A program made the position numbers and the translations under genes. The notes beneath the pieces were generated by a model. The model did no database searches. It was given only the letters and a program-made list of their open reading frames with translations, and was not told where the DNA came from. Below, piece after piece: positions 40,584-50,106 of a DNA stretch of 64,000 nt. Every line of letters starts with the position of its first letter. Position 1 is the first letter of the stretch. Origin of the DNA: Candidatus Staskawiczbacteria bacterium (GTDB lineage: Bacteria > Patescibacteriota > Minisyncoccia > Minisyncoccales > Staskawiczbacteraceae); NCBI GenBank assembly GCA_903835075.1, contig CAILLM010000004.1, forward strand, positions 80,532 to 144,531, read 5' to 3'.

Positions 40584-41222
40584 TTATTTTCTGCCCTCTA
40601 GCGCGGATTTTAATGTTTCGTCGTCGGCGTATTCAAGTTCTCCGCCAACAGGAATTCCTCTGGCCAAGTGAGTGATCTTCCAGCCCGAGGCTGGTCCGCC
40701 TTGGGCGGATGAGATTTCTTTAATTACTTGCTCTATCAATACAGAAGTTGTTCGGCCCTCGGGCGTTGGATTTAAGGCAACAATAATTTCCGAAAAGTTA
40801 TTTTGTAAAATACGTTTTTTTAATTCTTCAACGCGCAAGTGACCAGTATCTTCTTTTCTCATTGTGGCAACTGTTCCGCCTAAAATAAAATATAGACCGT
40901 TAAATTTTTTTGTGTTTTCAATTGAAATTAAATCAGTTTCTTTTTCTATAATGCAAAGCAAATTTTTATTTCGTGCTGGATTTCTGCAGATAAAACAGAT
41001 GCCATCATCTATTTTACCCTGAGCGGAGTCGAAGGGTTCGTAGGGGTTAAAACAAAATTCGCAAAGTTTTATTTTATTTTTTAATTCTAAAATTGCATTA
41101 ATTAATTCATCAGTTTTTTCTTTTGGTAATTTCATCAAGTAGTAAGCAAAACGGCCAGCTGTTCGTGAGCCAACCGTTGGAAATTTTCTAAAAATATTTA
41201 TAAGTTTGTTTACAGTATCCAT
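40584..41222 (-). CDS. recR: Recombination mediator RecR
   Basis: FPTVGSRTAGR, C4 zinc finger, TOPRIM, ARGIPVGGELEYADDETL. Confidence 0.95.
   Translation of the reverse strand: MDTVNKLINIFRKFPTVGSRTAGRFAYYLMKLPKEKTDELINAILELKNKIKLCEFCFNPYEPFDSAQGKIDDGICFICRNPARNKNLLCIIEKETDLISIENTKKFNGLYFILGGTVATMRKEDTGHLRVEELKKRILQNNFSEIIVALNPTPEGRTTSVLIEQVIKEISSAQGGPASGWKITHLARGIPVGGELEYADDETLKSALEGRK
40680..40709. repeat. Double-hairpin element in frame in recR (family D; SAQGGPASGW)
   Basis: CCAGCC-CGA-GGCTGG abutting TCCGCC-TTG-GGCGGA, 30 bp. Confidence 0.8.
41016..41037. repeat. Palindromic element in frame in the recR zinc finger (family B; PFDSAQG on minus strand)
   Basis: ACCCTGAGCGGAGTCGAAGGGT. 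Confidence 0.75.
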
Positions 41223-41229
41223 AACTGAA

Positions 41230-41258
41230 AATTTCTAATTTCTAATTTCTAATTTTCT
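41230..41258. repeat. Heptamer tandem repeat (AATTTCT)x3-4 at the dnaB/recR junction
   Basis: AATTTCT AATTTCT AATTTCT AATTTTCT. Confidence 0.7.
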
Positions 41259-42607
41259 CCAGTTTCGGGAGTGTAGGCATTTTTATCTAGGTTTCTAAAG
41301 CTTACTCTGTGGTCATCAAAGTATAAATCAACCGAACCAACCGGTCCATTTCTATGTTTTTCAATCATAACTTTTGCAATATTGGGGTTCAAGCTATTTT
41401 CTGAATATTTATCTTCTCTGTAAATCATTAATACAACATCTGCATCTTGCTCAATAGCTCCAGATTCTCTTAAATCTGAAAGTTTAGGTATTGAAGGTGT
41501 TCTCTGTTCAACAGCACGAGATAACTGTGAAAGCACTAGTACCGGAATATTCAGCTCTTTTGCTAACATTTTTAAAGCACGCGAGTTTTCTGTTACTTGT
41601 TGAACCGGTGAGGCAAAGCGGTTCATAGGTTCCATTAACTGCAAATAATCAATAACAATCAAAGACAATCCTTTTGTTGCCTGCAATCTTCTAGCCATGG
41701 CTCTAATTTGTAGAATGTTAACAGAACCAGCGTCATCTATATATAAAGGTGCATCAGATAAACTTCCCATAGCATGCTGTAACCGTGAGTAATCATCTTG
41801 TGCAAGCCTTCCATTTCGTAGGTTCCACAAATTTATGTTTGCTAAGCTGGCCAAAAGTCTGTCAGCCAATTGATCTTTAGACATTTCAAGACTGAAAAGA
41901 CCAACTGGTTGATTCCCTAAAACAGCCGCGTTTCTGGCAATATCTAAAGCCAAGGAGGTTTTTCCCATAGAAGGTCTGGCTGCTAAAATAACTAAATCAG
42001 ATTTTTGTAAACCACCTAAAATTTTATCTAAATCAACAAATCCGGTTGAAACTCCACGTAATTGTCCTGTGTTTTTAGAAAGTTCATCAATTCTTTCAAA
42101 AGTGTTTGCAAGAATATCTTTTATTGGCACAAAAGATTGGCTTAACGATCTTTGTCCAATGCCAAAAACAATTTTTTCAGCCTTATCAAGTAAAATATCA
42201 ACTTCTTCTGTTTCATCAAAAGCAGAAAGTCCAATTTCTTCAGAAGCTGAAATTAAGTCGCGTAGAATCTTTTTTTGTCTTACAATTTTGGCATAATTAT
42301 AAACGTGAGTGGCCGTTGGTACAGTATTTATTAAAGAAGTTAAATAGGCTGAACCTCCAATGTCTTCTAATCTATTTCTTTCTTTCAATTTTGCTGAAAC
42401 AGACAGTATGTCAATTGGTTCTGATTTCTCATACAAATTAACCATTACTTGATAAATGTCTTGGTGGATGCTTCTGTAAAAATCTTCAGATCTAATAAAA
42501 TCAACAACTTTTACAATTGCCTCTTTATCCAACATCAAACAGCCAAGCAAAGATTGCTCAGCATCATTATTTTGTGGTGGTAATTTGTCTACGCCTTCTT
42601 TAGCCAT
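41249..42607 (-). CDS. dnaB: Replicative DNA helicase
   Basis: LPPQNNDAEQS, AARPSMGKT, IDYLQLM, LSDLRESGAIEQDAD, KHRNGP. Confidence 0.98.
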   Translation of the reverse strand: MAKEGVDKLPPQNNDAEQSLLGCLMLDKEAIVKVVDFIRSEDFYRSIHQDIYQVMVNLYEKSEPIDILSVSAKLKERNRLEDIGGSAYLTSLINTVPTATHVYNYAKIVRQKKILRDLISASEEIGLSAFDETEEVDILLDKAEKIVFGIGQRSLSQSFVPIKDILANTFERIDELSKNTGQLRGVSTGFVDLDKILGGLQKSDLVILAARPSMGKTSLALDIARNAAVLGNQPVGLFSLEMSKDQLADRLLASLANINLWNLRNGRLAQDDYSRLQHAMGSLSDAPLYIDDAGSVNILQIRAMARRLQATKGLSLIVIDYLQLMEPMNRFASPVQQVTENSRALKMLAKELNIPVLVLSQLSRAVEQRTPSIPKLSDLRESGAIEQDADVVLMIYREDKYSENSLNPNIAKVMIEKHRNGPVGSVDLYFDDHRVSFRNLDKNAYTPETGEN

Positions 42608-42657
42608 AATAATATATCTTATACACCGGCGATTTTAAAAGCAAGAGGATAAAGTGT

Positions 42658-44055
42658 TTATAAACTTTTTATGTCAGAACCGTTTTTTGTGTCTTCTACG
42701 GCGAAGCCTTGCTTTTCAATTTGAGCTCTAACTTCATCAGCTTTTTGCCACTCTTTATTTTCGCGATGAACTTCACGCAACTTTGCTAATTTTTTTATTT
42801 CAGCAGGAATTGTTTTATTCACTTTTTCAAAATTTATAATTCCAAAAACTTTATTAATTTGTTGGAAAAATTTATAAATTTCGCCAGCATCTTTTTTGGA
42901 AATTAAATCTTTTTCCATTAAAATATTTATTTTGCCAATAAATCCAAACATTACGGCAAAAGCTTTCGGAGTGTTAAAATCATCATCAAGCTCTTTGTAA
43001 AAACTATTCGAAAAATCTTTTATAATTTTTGAAGATGAGGTTTTTATTTTTGAGTTATTATTTTTTAATTTTCTTAGGAATTCTTCTATTTTTTCAACAG
43101 CTGATTTTACCTCTATCATTGCAGATTCAGAATAATCAAAAGGTGAGCTCCATAAGTTTTTAACAATAAAGAATCTTAAATAGTTTGCCGGGCATCTTTT
43201 CAAAAAGTCTCCTATTGTTATAAAGTTCCCAATGGATTTACCCATTTTTTGCTCGTTTACCGTTAAAAACCCTGTATGCATCCAATATTTTGCCATAGGT
43301 CTTTTACCGGAAATTGCTTCCATTAAGCTTATTTCGGCCTCGTGGTGAGGAAATATCAAATCGCGCGAGCCTCCATGAATGTCATATTGTGCGCCAAATA
43401 ATTTTTCGGTAATGGCCGTGTCTTCAATGTGCCAGCCTGGCCTTCCAGCTCCAAATGGGGCTGGCCAGGAAGGTTCTGACTCGTCAGATGTCTCAGTAAA
43501 TTTCCAAATGCAGAAGTCGCCTCTATTTTTTTTATCTTTGCTATAATCTATTCGCGTTACGGCATCTTCTGCGCCAAGGGCGGTTCTGCCCGCTAATTTA
43601 CCATAATTTTTAAACTTTGCAATATTATAATAAATTCCGTCACCTTCAATTTTATAGGCGTATCCTTTTTCTTCTAACCTTTGTATTTGGCTGATTATCT
43701 GTTTTATGTAATCAGTGGCTCTGGCATATTTTGAAATACCGTCAACCCCTAAGGTTTTCATGTCTTTCAAGTGCTCTTTTTCAAAGGCAATTGCCAAGTC
43801 TTTTGGGGTGACGCCTTTTTCTCGGGCGCGCGCAATAATTTTATCATCTAAATCGGTTATGTTTTGCAAATAAAAAACAGTAAACCCTTGCAACCTTAAA
43901 TATTTTACAAATGCGTCAAAAATAACATAAGTTCTGGCGTGCCCAATATGAGAATAATCATAAACAGTTGGGCCACAAACAAATAAATTTATTTTTTTAC
44001 CACTTGCTGGTTTCAAAGTATCTTTTTTCCCAGATAATGTATTATATATTTTCAT
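42658..44055 (-). CDS. cysS: Cysteine-tRNA ligase
   Basis: CGPTVYDYSHIGHAR, GRPGWHIED, DLIFPHHEAE, KMGKS. Confidence 0.97.
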   Translation of the reverse strand: MKIYNTLSGKKDTLKPASGKKINLFVCGPTVYDYSHIGHARTYVIFDAFVKYLRLQGFTVFYLQNITDLDDKIIARAREKGVTPKDLAIAFEKEHLKDMKTLGVDGISKYARATDYIKQIISQIQRLEEKGYAYKIEGDGIYYNIAKFKNYGKLAGRTALGAEDAVTRIDYSKDKKNRGDFCIWKFTETSDESEPSWPAPFGAGRPGWHIEDTAITEKLFGAQYDIHGGSRDLIFPHHEAEISLMEAISGKRPMAKYWMHTGFLTVNEQKMGKSIGNFITIGDFLKRCPANYLRFFIVKNLWSSPFDYSESAMIEVKSAVEKIEEFLRKLKNNNSKIKTSSSKIIKDFSNSFYKELDDDFNTPKAFAVMFGFIGKINILMEKDLISKKDAGEIYKFFQQINKVFGIINFEKVNKTIPAEIKKLAKLREVHRENKEWQKADEVRAQIEKQGFAVEDTKNGSDIKSL

Positions 44056-44056
44056 T

Positions 44057-44716
44057 TTATTTTATTTTTTTGAATTCTTTTGTGACAATTTTATTTTTTA
44101 TATACCCCTTGCTGTTTAGTTCTAGTATTCTTGCAAGAATACTCAGGAAAGAAAAGATTAAAGAAAGCCAAATTATATCAATGAAAAATATTGATGGCTC
44201 ATGTGGCCAAGCTATTAATATGGCAATAAATACAAGCAATAACAAGGCCATTTTAACTTTTCCAAAAATATTTGCTTTAACGTCAGATTCTTTTGATTTA
44301 TGAAATAACGAGACTAAAGCCCCTATAATTTCTACTGAAAGCAACAACAAAAGCAACCATCTGTGATGTGCATCTAAGCTGTAAATTGCAATTGGAAGTA
44401 TCAATATTCTATCAGCTAGTGGGTCTAACATTGTACCAAATTCAGTTATCTTGTCTAGGCCCCTTGCTACAGAACCATCAAATAAGTCAGTTAAAACCCC
44501 CACACAAAATAAAGAAACAATTAGAGCTTTGTTTTCTATCCCAAAATAAAAAAGCAAAACAAATAATAATAATCCTATGGCAAGCCTTATGTATGTTAGT
44601 TGGTTTGGGGTTATTTTTCTAGGCCAGTAGGGCTTTATAAAAACAAAGAGAATTTCATCTCTATAATAGTCTAATTTTTCCAAGAAATCTTTAAATTTTT
44701 CTATAAGATTGTTCAT
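44057..44716 (-). CDS. CDP-alcohol phosphatidyltransferase family protein
   Basis: TPNQLTYIR, TDLFDGSVAR...FGTMLDPLAD. Confidence 0.9.
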   Translation of the reverse strand: MNNLIEKFKDFLEKLDYYRDEILFVFIKPYWPRKITPNQLTYIRLAIGLLLFVLLFYFGIENKALIVSLFCVGVLTDLFDGSVARGLDKITEFGTMLDPLADRILILPIAIYSLDAHHRWLLLLLLSVEIIGALVSLFHKSKESDVKANIFGKVKMALLLLVFIAILIAWPHEPSIFFIDIIWLSLIFSFLSILARILELNSKGYIKNKIVTKEFKKIK

Positions 44717-44803
44717 AAGTAAGATTATGTCATATTAACAGATTTTTTGCTACTTGTTAATAGCAATTTGTTTGTGGTAATATGACCTAATAAAAATAAA
44801 CAT

Positions 44804-45355
44804 ATGAATAAAAAAGATATATTGTTTGCATTTTTGTGTGGGTTGGCAGTGGCTTGGATAGCCTCAGACTTCATAACTAAATATGGCTGGTTATTTTATA
44901 TTGTTTTACCCCTACTTTCTATACTTGGTTTGTGGGTAGTTGAATTAATTGGGCGAAAATTTTTGTTTGCTCACCAAGCAGGTAAGTTTGCTTTGGCGGG
45001 CGCATTTGCTGATGTTGTTGATATAAAGGTTTATCAGCTAGTAATTTTGGCTTTGCCATTTTCTATTGTTATAAAAGCATTTTCATTTTTAGTGGCAACT
45101 GCTATAAAATATTGGGCAAACAAAACGTGGTCATTTTCTGCTCAAAATAATCCAGCCAAGGGCTGGGAAATACTAAAATTTTTTAGCGTAACAATTGTTG
45201 GGTTAATAATAGATATTGCTGCTTTTTATTATTTAGAAAAAGTTCACATTGGAATTTCAGCAACTCTTTGGTTGGAATTATGCATAATAATTGCAGCTCT
45301 AATTACTGCAATTTGGAACTTTCTTGGTTACAAGTTTTTAGTATTTAAAAAATAA
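44804..45355 (+). CDS. GtrA family membrane protein
   Basis: KFALAG, KYWANKTWSF, WNFLGYKFLVFKK. Confidence 0.85.
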   Translation: MNKKDILFAFLCGLAVAWIASDFITKYGWLFYIVLPLLSILGLWVVELIGRKFLFAHQAGKFALAGAFADVVDIKVYQLVILALPFSIVIKAFSFLVATAIKYWANKTWSFSAQNNPAKGWEILKFFSVTIVGLIIDIAAFYYLEKVHIGISATLWLELCIIIAALITAIWNFLGYKFLVFKK

Positions 45356-45372
45356 AATTATTTTTTAATATT

Positions 45373-47091
45373 ATGGAACAAGAAACCAAAATTTGTCAGA
45401 ACTGTAAGTCTCCTTTTGTCATAGAGCCTGATGATTTTGATTTCTACGAAAAAATGAAGGTGCCCGCTCCAACATTTTGTCCGCAATGCAGATTACAACG
45501 CAGATTTATGTGGAGGAATGAATGGAAATTGCTTAGAAAAAAAGATATTCATGGAAAAGAAATTTTCTCTATTTTCCATGAAGATTCACCAATCAAAATA
45601 ATGGATGTAGCTGAATGGTACTCTGATTCTTGGGATCCTCTAAGTTATGGCAAAGATTATGATTTTTCTAAACCATTTTTTGAACAATTTAGAGACCTAC
45701 TTCACCAGGTGCCAGCTATGTCTAGGTCCCTTAACAGGCCAGTAAATAGTGATTATTGCGCTAATGCAACTCAGCCAAAAGATTGTTATTTAACATTTGG
45801 TTTGTCATACGTAGAAAACTCAGCATATTCTATTTGGGGAAGTAGGGCTAAAGACATTTTTGATTGTCACATTTACAATGGGTCTGAGCTTTGCTATGAC
45901 AGTGTTAACATTACTAAATGTTACAGAACGTTGTATTCCATAGATTGTGAAGACTGCAATGATATAATGTTTTGCAAAAACTGTGTGGGTTGTAATAATT
46001 GTTTTGGTTGCATTAATTTAAAAAATAAATCTTACTATGTATTTAATCAGGCATATACTAAAGAAGAATATATAAAAAAAATAGAAGAATTGGGAACCAC
46101 TTCAAGAAATAATGTAGAAGAGCTCCGAGAAAAATGTGCAGAAAGTTGGATGAAATATCCAAATAAATTTATTCATGGCAGGCACAATGCAGAAGTTTCA
46201 GGAGATTATATTACTAATTCAAAAAATGCTAAAAATTGTTGGAGAATTGTTGAGGGTGAGAACCTTAAATACTGTCAAAATTTTACATTGGGGCCAGCTA
46301 AAGATTCTTATGACCATAGTAATTTTGGAGACAAAACAGAATTAGTTTATGATTCTCTTGTTGTGGGTGACGGGGCTTATAATATTGCATTTTCTTCGCA
46401 ATGTTACCCATCTAACTCTAATTTGCAGTATTGCTTTTTTTGTCAAAATTCTTCATATTTATTTGGATGTATTAGCTTACGTAATAAACAATACTGTATT
46501 TTCAATAAACAATACACCAAAGAAGAATATGAAGCATTGGTTCCTAAAATTATTGTACACATGAATGAAATGCCTTATGTTGATAAAAAAGGGTTGGTTT
46601 ATAAGTACGGCGAATTTTTCCCAATGGAAATAAGCCCATTAGCTTATAATGAAACTTCTGCTCATGAACATTTTCCATTAACAAAAGAAGAAGTAGAAAA
46701 AATGGGATTAGTTTGGAGAGATGTTTCAGAAAAGAATTTTAACGCAACTATTTTTGGTAATGATTTGCCCGATGACATAAAAAATGTTGACGAAAGTATT
46801 ACAAAAGAAGTTGTAGGTTGTGCCCATGAAGGAAAGTGTAACCATGAATGTGCGGGTGTTTTTAAAATTACTAAACAAGAATTGCAATTTTATAAATTGT
46901 TGAATATCCCATTGCCAAGAATATGTCAAAATTGCAGACATTATGCAAGATTTGCATGGCGTAACCCTGCCAAGCTTTGGCACAGAAGCTGTATGAAGGA
47001 AGGGTGCACCAATGAATTTGAAACTAGTTATTCTCCAGATCGCAAGGAAATAGTATATTGCGAGCAATGTTATCAGGAAGAAGTCGCATAA
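45373..47091 (+). CDS. Cys-rich protein with terminal zinc-ribbon motifs and central Cys repeats (paralog 1)
   Basis: CQNCK..F.IE..DF.FYEKM.VPAPT.CP.CR; CVGCNNCFGCINL; FETSYSPDRKEIVYCEQCY. Confidence 0.85.
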   Translation: MEQETKICQNCKSPFVIEPDDFDFYEKMKVPAPTFCPQCRLQRRFMWRNEWKLLRKKDIHGKEIFSIFHEDSPIKIMDVAEWYSDSWDPLSYGKDYDFSKPFFEQFRDLLHQVPAMSRSLNRPVNSDYCANATQPKDCYLTFGLSYVENSAYSIWGSRAKDIFDCHIYNGSELCYDSVNITKCYRTLYSIDCEDCNDIMFCKNCVGCNNCFGCINLKNKSYYVFNQAYTKEEYIKKIEELGTTSRNNVEELREKCAESWMKYPNKFIHGRHNAEVSGDYITNSKNAKNCWRIVEGENLKYCQNFTLGPAKDSYDHSNFGDKTELVYDSLVVGDGAYNIAFSSQCYPSNSNLQYCFFCQNSSYLFGCISLRNKQYCIFNKQYTKEEYEALVPKIIVHMNEMPYVDKKGLVYKYGEFFPMEISPLAYNETSAHEHFPLTKEEVEKMGLVWRDVSEKNFNATIFGNDLPDDIKNVDESITKEVVGCAHEGKCNHECAGVFKITKQELQFYKLLNIPLPRICQNCRHYARFAWRNPAKLWHRSCMKEGCTNEFETSYSPDRKEIVYCEQCYQEEVA

Positions 47092-47101
47092 CGTAAGCCA
47101 C

Positions 47102-47154
47102 AACTTTTTTGCCACGTGGCAAAAAAGTTATCAGGTTGCCATATGGTAACCTGA
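47102..47154. repeat. Two adjacent palindromes between the tandem paralogs
   Basis: Perfect 28-bp AACTTTTTTGCCACGTGGCAAAAAAGTT and 24-bp TCAGGTTGCCATATGGTAACCTGA (1 mismatch). Confidence 0.85.
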
Positions 47155-47170
47155 AGAAAATGAAATTTTT

Positions 47171-48892
47171 ATGAATCAAGAAACAAAACAATGTCAGAAT
47201 TGTAAACAAGGCTTTGTAATTGAGCTAGAAGATTTTGATTTTTATGAAAAAATGACGGTACCTGCTCCAACATGGTGTCCGTCTTGTAGAGCTAAACGGA
47301 GGTTGGCGGCGAGAGATTTTCGTGTGCTATATAAAAGAAAGAGCGACTGGTCGGGTAATGAGATTTTTTCTATTTTTTCTGAGGAATCACCTTACAAGGT
47401 CTATGAGGTGGAGGTGTGGCAATCAGACAAGTGGGATCCTATGGAATATGGACAAGAATATGATTTTAAAAAAACATTTTTTGAACAATATAGGGAATTG
47501 ACGCTTAAAGTCCCTCAGCCAAGCACAACAAATTGGGATTCAGTGAATAGCGATTATTGCACCGGTGCGGCTGGGCTTAAAAATTGTTATCTTACTTTTG
47601 TAGCCACGCACAATGAGGATTGTATGTATTGTGCGCTAATTAATGATACTAAAAATTCAATTGACACTACGCGAACAGAGTCTTCAGAATTTTGTTATGA
47701 ATCGTTTGGCGTTATTAAGTCATCTAAGGTTTTTTTCTCTTCTGATTGTGAGGAATGTGTTGATGTTTGGTTTTCAAAAAATCTTCAAGGATGCATGAAT
47801 TGCATTGGTTGTGTAAACTTACGAAATAAGCAATATTATATTTTTAATCAATCTTATTCTAAAGAGGAATATAAAAAGAAATTTCTGGAGTTTGATTTCG
47901 GTTCAGTCAAAAATTTAGAAAATTTTAAAACAAAAACTGAAGAATTATTTGCTAAAAATATTGTTCGATATGCGCACGGAAAGCATAATTTTAATGTCTC
48001 GGGAGAATATATTAATAATTCTAAAAATGTTCGTAATTCTTTTTATGTTAATAACGGCGAAGATTGCAAATATGTTCAATATTTATTTACTCCTTCGAGT
48101 AAAGATTGTATGGATTTCTCTCTTTGGGGCGATAACGCCGAACTTATTTATGAGGTATCAAGTTGCGGAGAAAATTCTTCACAAATTAAGTTAAGTTATA
48201 GAACATATCGTGGTTCTCATAATTGTACGTATTGTATGCAGTGCGCATCGTCGTCATATCTTTTCGGTTGCGTTGGTTTGCAAAAAAAGCAATATTGTAT
48301 TTTTAACAAACAATATACCAAAGAAGAATATGAAGCCTTGGTGCCTAAAATCATTGAGCATATGGATGAAATGCCTTATGTTGATAAAAAAGGAAGAGTC
48401 TATAAATATGGCGAATTTTTTCCACCCGAGCATTCTCTTTTTTCTTATAATGAAACACTGGTTTTCAGCGATTTTCCAATGACAAAAGAAGAAGCGTTGT
48501 CAGAGGGATATACATGGAAAGAGCCAGATCAAAAAAAATATAAAATTACAATTGAATCTAAATTAATTCCAGATCATATCAAAGATGTAGGGGACGAAAT
48601 CATTAGTGAAACAGTTGAATGTGCACATAAAGGGCAGTGCCATTGTAAATGCACAAGTGCTTTTAAAATAACAAAACAAGAACTTGATTTTTATAGAGCA
48701 AATAATATTCCTATACCAAGATTGTGCCATAATTGTAGGCACGTGTTGCGTGTAAAAAATCAAAGCCCAATGAAATTGTGGCACAGGCATTGTATGAAAG
48801 ATGGGTGTAATAATGAATTTGAGACTAGTTATTCCCCAGACCGTAAAGAAATAGTTTATTGCGAAAGTTGTTACAATAACGAAGTTGCATAA
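47171..48892 (+). CDS. Cys-rich protein, paralog 2
   Basis: Same architecture and length as 45373-47091, with shared blocks. Confidence 0.85.
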   Translation: MNQETKQCQNCKQGFVIELEDFDFYEKMTVPAPTWCPSCRAKRRLAARDFRVLYKRKSDWSGNEIFSIFSEESPYKVYEVEVWQSDKWDPMEYGQEYDFKKTFFEQYRELTLKVPQPSTTNWDSVNSDYCTGAAGLKNCYLTFVATHNEDCMYCALINDTKNSIDTTRTESSEFCYESFGVIKSSKVFFSSDCEECVDVWFSKNLQGCMNCIGCVNLRNKQYYIFNQSYSKEEYKKKFLEFDFGSVKNLENFKTKTEELFAKNIVRYAHGKHNFNVSGEYINNSKNVRNSFYVNNGEDCKYVQYLFTPSSKDCMDFSLWGDNAELIYEVSSCGENSSQIKLSYRTYRGSHNCTYCMQCASSSYLFGCVGLQKKQYCIFNKQYTKEEYEALVPKIIEHMDEMPYVDKKGRVYKYGEFFPPEHSLFSYNETLVFSDFPMTKEEALSEGYTWKEPDQKKYKITIESKLIPDHIKDVGDEIISETVECAHKGQCHCKCTSAFKITKQELDFYRANNIPIPRLCHNCRHVLRVKNQSPMKLWHRHCMKDGCNNEFETSYSPDRKEIVYCESCYNNEVA

Positions 48893-48909
48893 AATAATTT
48901 AAAAATAAT

Positions 48910-50040
48910 ATGGCAAACAATTTAGTATTATACAGAAAATATAGACCGCAGACATTTGAAGAAGTGGTTGGGCAAGAGCATGTTGTCCAAACTTTAACCA
49001 ATTCAATAAAAGCAAATAATATTTCACATGCATATTTGCTTTGTGGGCCAAGGGGAAGCGGAAAAACAACTATTGCTAGGTTATTTGCCAAAGCAATTAA
49101 TTGCCTCGCCCGCAAGGCTACGGCCGAGGGTGAAAAACCGCAAAGCTTTGAACCATGTAATAAGTGTGACTCATGCTTAGAAATTATGGCTTCAAGGTCT
49201 ATGGATTTAGTTGAAATTGATGCTGCATCTCACACAGGAGTGGATGACGTAAGGCAATTAATTGAAGGCATAAAATTTGCTCCAGTAAAATCAAAATATA
49301 AAATATTTATTATTGACGAATGTCACCAGCTTTCTAAATCAGCATCTAATGCTTTGCTAAAAACGTTAGAAGAGCCACCAGCTCACGCAATTTTTATTTT
49401 GGCCACAACAGAAGTTCACAAAATGTTGCCTACAATTTTATCTAGGTGTCAAAAGTTTGATTTTAAAAGATTGCAAGTTCCTGAAATTATAAAAAAGTTG
49501 CAGTTTATTTCAAAAAAAGAAAACGTGAAGTTTGATGAATCTGCTTTGTCTTTGATTGCTTTGAATTCGCGAGGCTCGTTTCGTGACGCAGAATCTTTAA
49601 TGGATGAATGCTTAAGTTTTTCTGGCAATAACGGCACAATAAAAACAGAAGACATAAAAGAATTATTGGGAATTGTTGAGGTTGCTGAAATTTCAAAATT
49701 TGTAGATTTCTTGGTTTCTAAAAATACAAAAAATGCAATTGAGTTTTTGAATTCTATTATAGATGCAGGGGTTGATTTACAGGAATTTACAAAAACTTTA
49801 GTTTTTTATTTAAGGCAGGAATTACTTTTAAAAATTGATTCAAACTTTTTAAACTTACAAAATTCTGGTCTTTCTAATCAGGAATTGGAAAAAATGAAAG
49901 AGCAAATAGCCAGCTTATCTCAAAAAGATTTGCAAAATATGTTGGAATTATTTATTGAAGCGGAGAATAAAATAAAATATTCAGCTATTGCTCAACTGCC
50001 ATTAGAGTTGGCGGTTGTCACCCTAACTCAAAAAGATTAG
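48910..50040 (+). CDS. dnaX: DNA polymerase III subunit gamma/tau
   Basis: LYRKYRPQTF, GPRGSGKTT, EIDAAS, IIDECH, NALLKTLEEPP, TILSRC. Confidence 0.97.
   Translation: MANNLVLYRKYRPQTFEEVVGQEHVVQTLTNSIKANNISHAYLLCGPRGSGKTTIARLFAKAINCLARKATAEGEKPQSFEPCNKCDSCLEIMASRSMDLVEIDAASHTGVDDVRQLIEGIKFAPVKSKYKIFIIDECHQLSKSASNALLKTLEEPPAHAIFILATTEVHKMLPTILSRCQKFDFKRLQVPEIIKKLQFISKKENVKFDESALSLIALNSRGSFRDAESLMDECLSFSGNNGTIKTEDIKELLGIVEVAEISKFVDFLVSKNTKNAIEFLNSIIDAGVDLQEFTKTLVFYLRQELLLKIDSNFLNLQNSGLSNQELEKMKEQIASLSQKDLQNMLELFIEAENKIKYSAIAQLPLELAVVTLTQKD
49104..49129. repeat. Palindromic element in frame in the dnaX zinc module (family A; LARKATAEG)
   Basis: CCTCGCCCGCAAGGCTACGGCCGAGG. Confidence 0.7.
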
Positions 50041-50106
50041 TTATCCACATACTTGCGTGCTGTAAAAAGGTTATAATAATAGAATAGTATTTATCTATTC
50101 AAAACT

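Noticed and set aside
45373..48892. Diversity-generating retroelement (TR/VR pair)
   Set aside because: No reverse transcriptase; differences between the similar blocks are mostly synonymous and not adenine-specific; both copies are full genes
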